NCBI GenBank assembly: GCA_963769425.1
Contig: CAVYLP010000006.1
Coordinates: forward strand, 320,001 to 384,000
Length of the DNA stretch: 64,000 bases
Direction: 5' to 3'
From: Candidatus Bathyarchaeota archaeon
Lineage (GTDB): Archaea; Thermoproteota; Bathyarchaeia; TCS64
Positions 60,253 through 64,000 of this stretch are shown here, piece by piece. The position numbers were made by a program, and so were the translations under genes. A model generated the notes under the pieces. It was not told the DNA's origin, made no database searches, and was given only the letters and a program-made list of their open reading frames with translations. The stretch's first letter is position 1. The number at the start of each line of letters is the position of its first letter.

Positions 60253-60957
60253 ATGAGGATCGGGATACTCGGCGGAACTGGCAACATGGGTGGCGGTCTC
60301 GCGCTCCGCCTCTCCCTCGGGCACGAGGTAACGGTGGGGTCGAGGAGCATCGAGAAGGCGGAGGAGATAGCGAAGGAGCTGCGGGCTAAGGCTGTGGGTT
60401 TCTACGGCTCCGCGATGAGGGGGAGCATCAGGGGGGCACTCAACGAGGACACCGTCGAGGGCAGGGACGTGGTCATCGAGACCCTCCCCGCGTCCGCCGC
60501 CATCACGACCCTCACCGCCATCAGGAACAGGTTCACACCCGGGCAGATAGTTGTCTCCTGCGTCGTCCCGATGAAGAAGAAGGGAAAGCTCTACACGTGG
60601 TCGCCGGTCGTCGCGGGGGGCTGTGATGAGGCGCGGTCCGCCGCGGAGCTGATACAGGAAGCCGTCGCACCGGTGAAAGTGGTCTCCGCCTTCCAGACGG
60701 TCCCAGCCGAGTACCTGAACGACGTGGAGGCGATTCTGGACCTCGATGTGCTCGTAGCGGGGGACGACGAGATGGCAGTGGATGCGGTGATGGGGCTCGC
60801 GAGGGACATCCCGGGCCTTAGGCCCCTCAGGGTCGGCCCCCTCGAGAACTCGAAGTGGGTGGAGTCGCTGACGCCGCTCCTGCTTAACGCCGCTATCCTC
60901 AACCATCTCCACGACCCCTCGATAAGGATCGTGCCGTGGTCCCCAGACGAGAAATGA
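60253..60957 (+). CDS. npdG: F420H2:NADP+ oxidoreductase family
   Basis: GGTGNMGGGLA, VGSRSIEKA, SAAELIQ, SAFQTV and GPLENSKWVESLT. Confidence 0.88.
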   Translation: MRIGILGGTGNMGGGLALRLSLGHEVTVGSRSIEKAEEIAKELRAKAVGFYGSAMRGSIRGALNEDTVEGRDVVIETLPASAAITTLTAIRNRFTPGQIVVSCVVPMKKKGKLYTWSPVVAGGCDEARSAAELIQEAVAPVKVVSAFQTVPAEYLNDVEAILDLDVLVAGDDEMAVDAVMGLARDIPGLRPLRVGPLENSKWVESLTPLLLNAAILNHLHDPSIRIVPWSPDEK

Positions 60958-60961
60958 GGAT

Positions 60962-61131
60962 ATGGCGATCCTGAACTCGAGCTGCACCTCGGTCTACTGG
61001 CGCGCTAGGGCATCTTAGCCGCCTTCAAACGCAGCGGCAGGTGGTTCGTGAAGGAAGAGGAGCTTAAAACCTACCTCAACAGCGTGAAGAGAAGAAAACA
61101 ACGAACCATAAATCGAGCTACTTCCCCCTGA
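60962..61131 (+). pseudogene. Excisionase-like (HTH_17/MerR-type) remnant with a frameshift near 61008
   Basis: MAILNSSCTSVYWRA/GILAAFKRSGRWFVKEEELKTYL; ends 22 bp from the tRNA-Ser 3' end. Confidence 0.5.
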
Positions 61132-61152
61132 GAACGTCATCTAGAATGAGTG

Positions 61153-61239
61153 TGGCGCCGGGAGAGGGATTCGAACCCTCGAGTCCGTACGGACACCAGC
61201 TTTCCAGGCTGGCTCCCTACCGAGCTAGGAGACCCCGGC
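61153..61239 (-). tRNA. tRNA-Ser(GGA), CCA encoded
   Basis: GCCGGGG/TCCCGGC-G-CCA acceptor; CCAGC-CT-GGA-AA-GCTGG anticodon arm; long variable arm GTCCGTACGGAC. Confidence 0.95.
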
Positions 61240-61328
61240 TCCACCAATATCCGAAGGGATCACCGATTTAAAGTCTACCCGGGGGGACCGGAGACGTTTT
61301 TAGGGGCGAATGGTGAGGCTTCTACGCA

Positions 61329-61682
61329 ATGGAAGCCCTCAACGTCAACTGGGTGGAGCGCAGCGAGAAGACCCTGGAGGAGCTTAAGAAGCTCATGGAG
61401 AAGAAGGACCAGGACCGCCTCGACAGAGTGCGCGCCATGCGCTTCGCCTTCATGGCCCTCGGCCAGAGCCTAGCGGGCTGGATGCAGTGGGTCAACAGCC
61501 CCGAGGTGATGAGTAACTTCACCAAGGAGGAGCTTGAGGAGATGAGCCAGACCCTCATGGGTATGGTTGAGAAGTTCATAAAGTACGACATTGAGATAAC
61601 GGATGAGGGGATGCAGAAGGGTGTTGCCAAGCAGCGCGAGCAGGATATGCTCGGGCAGCCTGGCAACAACTTCGTAATCTAG
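61329..61682 (+). CDS. DUF2153 family archaeal protein
   Basis: DRLD...SLAGWMQWVNSPEVM...KYDIEIT. Confidence 0.85.
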   Translation: MEALNVNWVERSEKTLEELKKLMEKKDQDRLDRVRAMRFAFMALGQSLAGWMQWVNSPEVMSNFTKEELEEMSQTLMGMVEKFIKYDIEITDEGMQKGVAKQREQDMLGQPGNNFVI

Positions 61683-62077
61683 CCTAGCTTCTTGCCCGCG
61701 CCTTCGCCACCGCTCCCCTGGTAGATTTCCTCGATGGAGCAGACAACCGCGGCCTTGCCTGGGAACTGGCGGGTGCCGCTCGTCGCCATCTTCCTGATCT
61801 GCTCGTATCGCTGACCAGTCATCTCCCAGTGGACGCGGCACTTGATCTGGTAGCTCTTCCCATCCGCGTAGCCGTTGAAGGCGACTATGGGGTTCTCCTC
61901 CAGGTTCGCCTTCGTCTTGTTCAGGTAGTTGTCGGAGACTACGAGGGTCTCGTCGTCGGCCCAGTACCACATGCCGACGAGGATGACGTTCGGGCGCGCC
62001 TTTTTGTCCGCGGTAGCCATGGGGATGACGCGTTGCTTCTCGAATGCGGCCTTGATTTCGGGTGAAACCTTTACCAT
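61679..62077 (-). CDS. Pyridoxamine 5'-phosphate oxidase-like FMN-binding protein
   Basis: MATADKKARPNV, DNYLNKTKANLEENP and SYQIK. Confidence 0.85.
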   Translation of the reverse strand: MVKVSPEIKAAFEKQRVIPMATADKKARPNVILVGMWYWADDETLVVSDNYLNKTKANLEENPIVAFNGYADGKSYQIKCRVHWEMTGQRYEQIRKMATSGTRQFPGKAAVVCSIEEIYQGSGGEGAGKKLG

Positions 62078-62091
62078 GATTATCCCTCTGT

Positions 62092-63180
62092 GTGGCGCAA
62101 CGCGCCGTGATAAGCGTTGGGAGCCAAGTCTCATCTATCACAAGGGCATCAATCAACTCGATCCCCTTGGACGAATACCCCCTCAGACTCCACAATCAGA
62201 CACTCGTTGTCGACACACACTGCGACACCCTGAAGTGCCTCCTCCCCCAGTTCACGCGCCCACGCAACAGCATGTGGCAAGACAGGAGCAATGTAGGCTT
62301 CGGCACGAGGTCGAAGCTCGGCCACATAGACCTACCCCGCCTCAAGGAGGGCGGCGTCGATTGCCAAGTCTTCGCCATAAGCAGCGAGAGGGACCCGACC
62401 CCCGCCTACCCCCTCCGCACCGCCATGGAGATGATCGATGCATTCTACACCGAGTGCGAAAAGTACCCCAAGCTTGTCCAGCCCGTCAGCAGCTACGCTG
62501 AGATAATTCAGGCAAACGAGGATGGAAAGATCGCCGCGATGCTCAGCATCGAGGGTGCAGACGTCCTCGAGGGGCGCCTAAGCATGCTCAGGATCTATCA
62601 CCGCCTCGGGGTGAGGATGGTCGGCCTCGTCCATAGTCTCCGCAACCTCCTAGCAGACGGCGTCGCGGACAACCGCACAAAGGGCGGACTAAGCCAGTTC
62701 GGTGTTGAGGTCGTCGGGGAGCTTAACAGGCTCGGCATGATCGTGGATGTGAGTCACCTGAGCGACGCGGGCTTCTGGGACGTGATGGAGGCATCCAAGG
62801 ACCCCGTCGTAGCGAGCCACAGCAACTCGCGCGCCGTCTGCCCCCACCCACGCAACATGACCGACGACATGATCAGGGCACTCGCCGAGCACGGCGGAGT
62901 AATGGGGATGAACTTCGCCAACGCCTTCGTCCACGAGACAAACCCAAGCGTCGAGACGCTTGTAGATCATATCGACCACATAGTTGATCTCGTTGGGCCG
63001 GAGCACGTCGGCATCGGAAGCGACTTCGACGGCATCCCCTCCACCCCGAGGGGACTAGAAGACGCCTCCAAGATGCCCGCCTTAACTGAGGAGTTAGTAA
63101 AGCGCGAGTACTCGGAGGACTACATCCACCTCATCCTCGGGGGCAACCACCTCAGACTCGTCAAACAGGTCGTCGGCTGA
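62092..63180 (+). CDS. Membrane dipeptidase (M19) family; likely start TTG 62167
   Basis: DTHCD, SIEG, DVSHLS, SHSN and GIGSDFDG. Confidence 0.93.
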   Translation: MAQRAVISVGSQVSSITRASINSIPLDEYPLRLHNQTLVVDTHCDTLKCLLPQFTRPRNSMWQDRSNVGFGTRSKLGHIDLPRLKEGGVDCQVFAISSERDPTPAYPLRTAMEMIDAFYTECEKYPKLVQPVSSYAEIIQANEDGKIAAMLSIEGADVLEGRLSMLRIYHRLGVRMVGLVHSLRNLLADGVADNRTKGGLSQFGVEVVGELNRLGMIVDVSHLSDAGFWDVMEASKDPVVASHSNSRAVCPHPRNMTDDMIRALAEHGGVMGMNFANAFVHETNPSVETLVDHIDHIVDLVGPEHVGIGSDFDGIPSTPRGLEDASKMPALTEELVKREYSEDYIHLILGGNHLRLVKQVVG

Positions 63181-63310
63181 CCCCGCTCGGCTGACAAAGC
63201 TTATACCAACCAGATAGAAACCCTATGAAAGGCGATGAGGCTCGCCTTCAACCGCGTCCACCTTGGACGCTGATGGCTTCTACAAGAATAACTCAAAAAA
63301 GATGAGAAAA

Positions 63311-64000
63311 ATGACTGAAACTGAGAACTTGAGAAGGAAGGCTTACCTCGCAATAATGCTGATGGGCGTCGTCAGCATGCTGGGTGACATCGTCTACGAG
63401 TCGGGGAGGGGTATCGCTCCGGACTACCTCTACTTCCTCGGGGCCTCCGCCCTGCTCGTTGGGTTGACCTCCGGCGTAGGCGAGCTCATCGGCTACGGCA
63501 TGAGGCTCGTCAGCGGCCCACTCGCGGACCGCTCCCACGCCTACTGGGTATTCATCTTCCTCGGCTACGGCCTCATCCTCGCCATCCCGCTGATGGGGTT
63601 CACGAACAGCATCTGGCTCGTTATGGGCTTCCTCATATTGGAGAGGCTTGGGAAGGCGCTCAGGTCTCCGTCGCGTGACGCCGTCGTCTCAGTCATCAGC
63701 AAGGGCATCGGCTCGGGGAAGGCATTCGGTCTCCACGAGTTCATAGACCAGATCGGCGCCGTTGTCGGCCCCGCCTTCCTCGGGCTAATGATGCTGTGGA
63801 GCGGGAACAACTTCCAATTCTCACTCCAGACGCTCCTGCCCTTCTACCTACTCATGATGGTGGCCCTCTACCTAACCTACAGGAGGATCGGCGGCACCGT
63901 CGACGAGATCAGGAGGAAGAGCAGCAACGCGAAGGGTAGCCTCGGTAAGGGGTTCTGGATGTACACGGGTGCGGTCCTCTTCAACACGATGGGGCTACTC
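63311..64000 (+). CDS. MFS transporter (partial, runs off window end)
   Basis: MTETENLRRKAYLAIMLMGVVSMLGDIVYE..., GPLADRS, ERLGKALRSPSRDA and GKAFGLHEFIDQIGA. Confidence 0.88.
   Translation, partial: MTETENLRRKAYLAIMLMGVVSMLGDIVYESGRGIAPDYLYFLGASALLVGLTSGVGELIGYGMRLVSGPLADRSHAYWVFIFLGYGLILAIPLMGFTNSIWLVMGFLILERLGKALRSPSRDAVVSVISKGIGSGKAFGLHEFIDQIGAVVGPAFLGLMMLWSGNNFQFSLQTLLPFYLLMMVALYLTYRRIGGTVDEIRRKSSNAKGSLGKGFWMYTGAVLFNTMGLL

Noticed and set aside
9862-62501. Numerous alternative-frame and antisense ORFs in the track
   Set aside because: They are shadows of real genes caused by high GC3 (Arg/Pro/Gly-rich), except where noted as frameshifted continuations.

Overview
A 64 kb stretch of a GC-rich archaeal chromosome, most consistent with Bathyarchaeia. 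The evidence is a single-chain rpoB, the lsm-rpl37e pair, aIF5A with deoxyhypusine synthase, AglB, a UbiD/AcnX archaeal mevalonate module, DUF2153, an intron-containing tRNA and many TTG starts. It holds about 65 protein genes and 5 tRNAs: Leu-UAA with a BHB intron, Asn-GUU, Thr-CGU, Thr-UGU and Ser-GGA. At least a dozen genes, including essential ones (rpoB, rpl37e, serS), carry single-base indels that are best read as long-read assembly errors. The most unusual element is non-coding. Just downstream of tRNA-Leu and a probable integrase-tail remnant lie two parallel arrays, each of nine TTCCTAGTAGC boxes repeated every 21-23 bp (two helical turns). The arrays are offset by 294 bp and end in the same terminal motif, which suggests an iteron-, centromere- or origin-like nucleoprotein platform. 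Other notable items are a strongly base-paired rpoB leader, a 1.4 kb gene-free region with ORB-like motifs, an uncalled cupin gene heading a metF/split-metE operon, two tRNA-Thr genes with C55, a Zn-finger protein with a histone-H1-like tail, an H+-PPase with an altered gate residue, a SerK homologue near serS, and an excisionase-like remnant beside tRNA-Ser. All family assignments are by motif recognition from memory; no database search was run.
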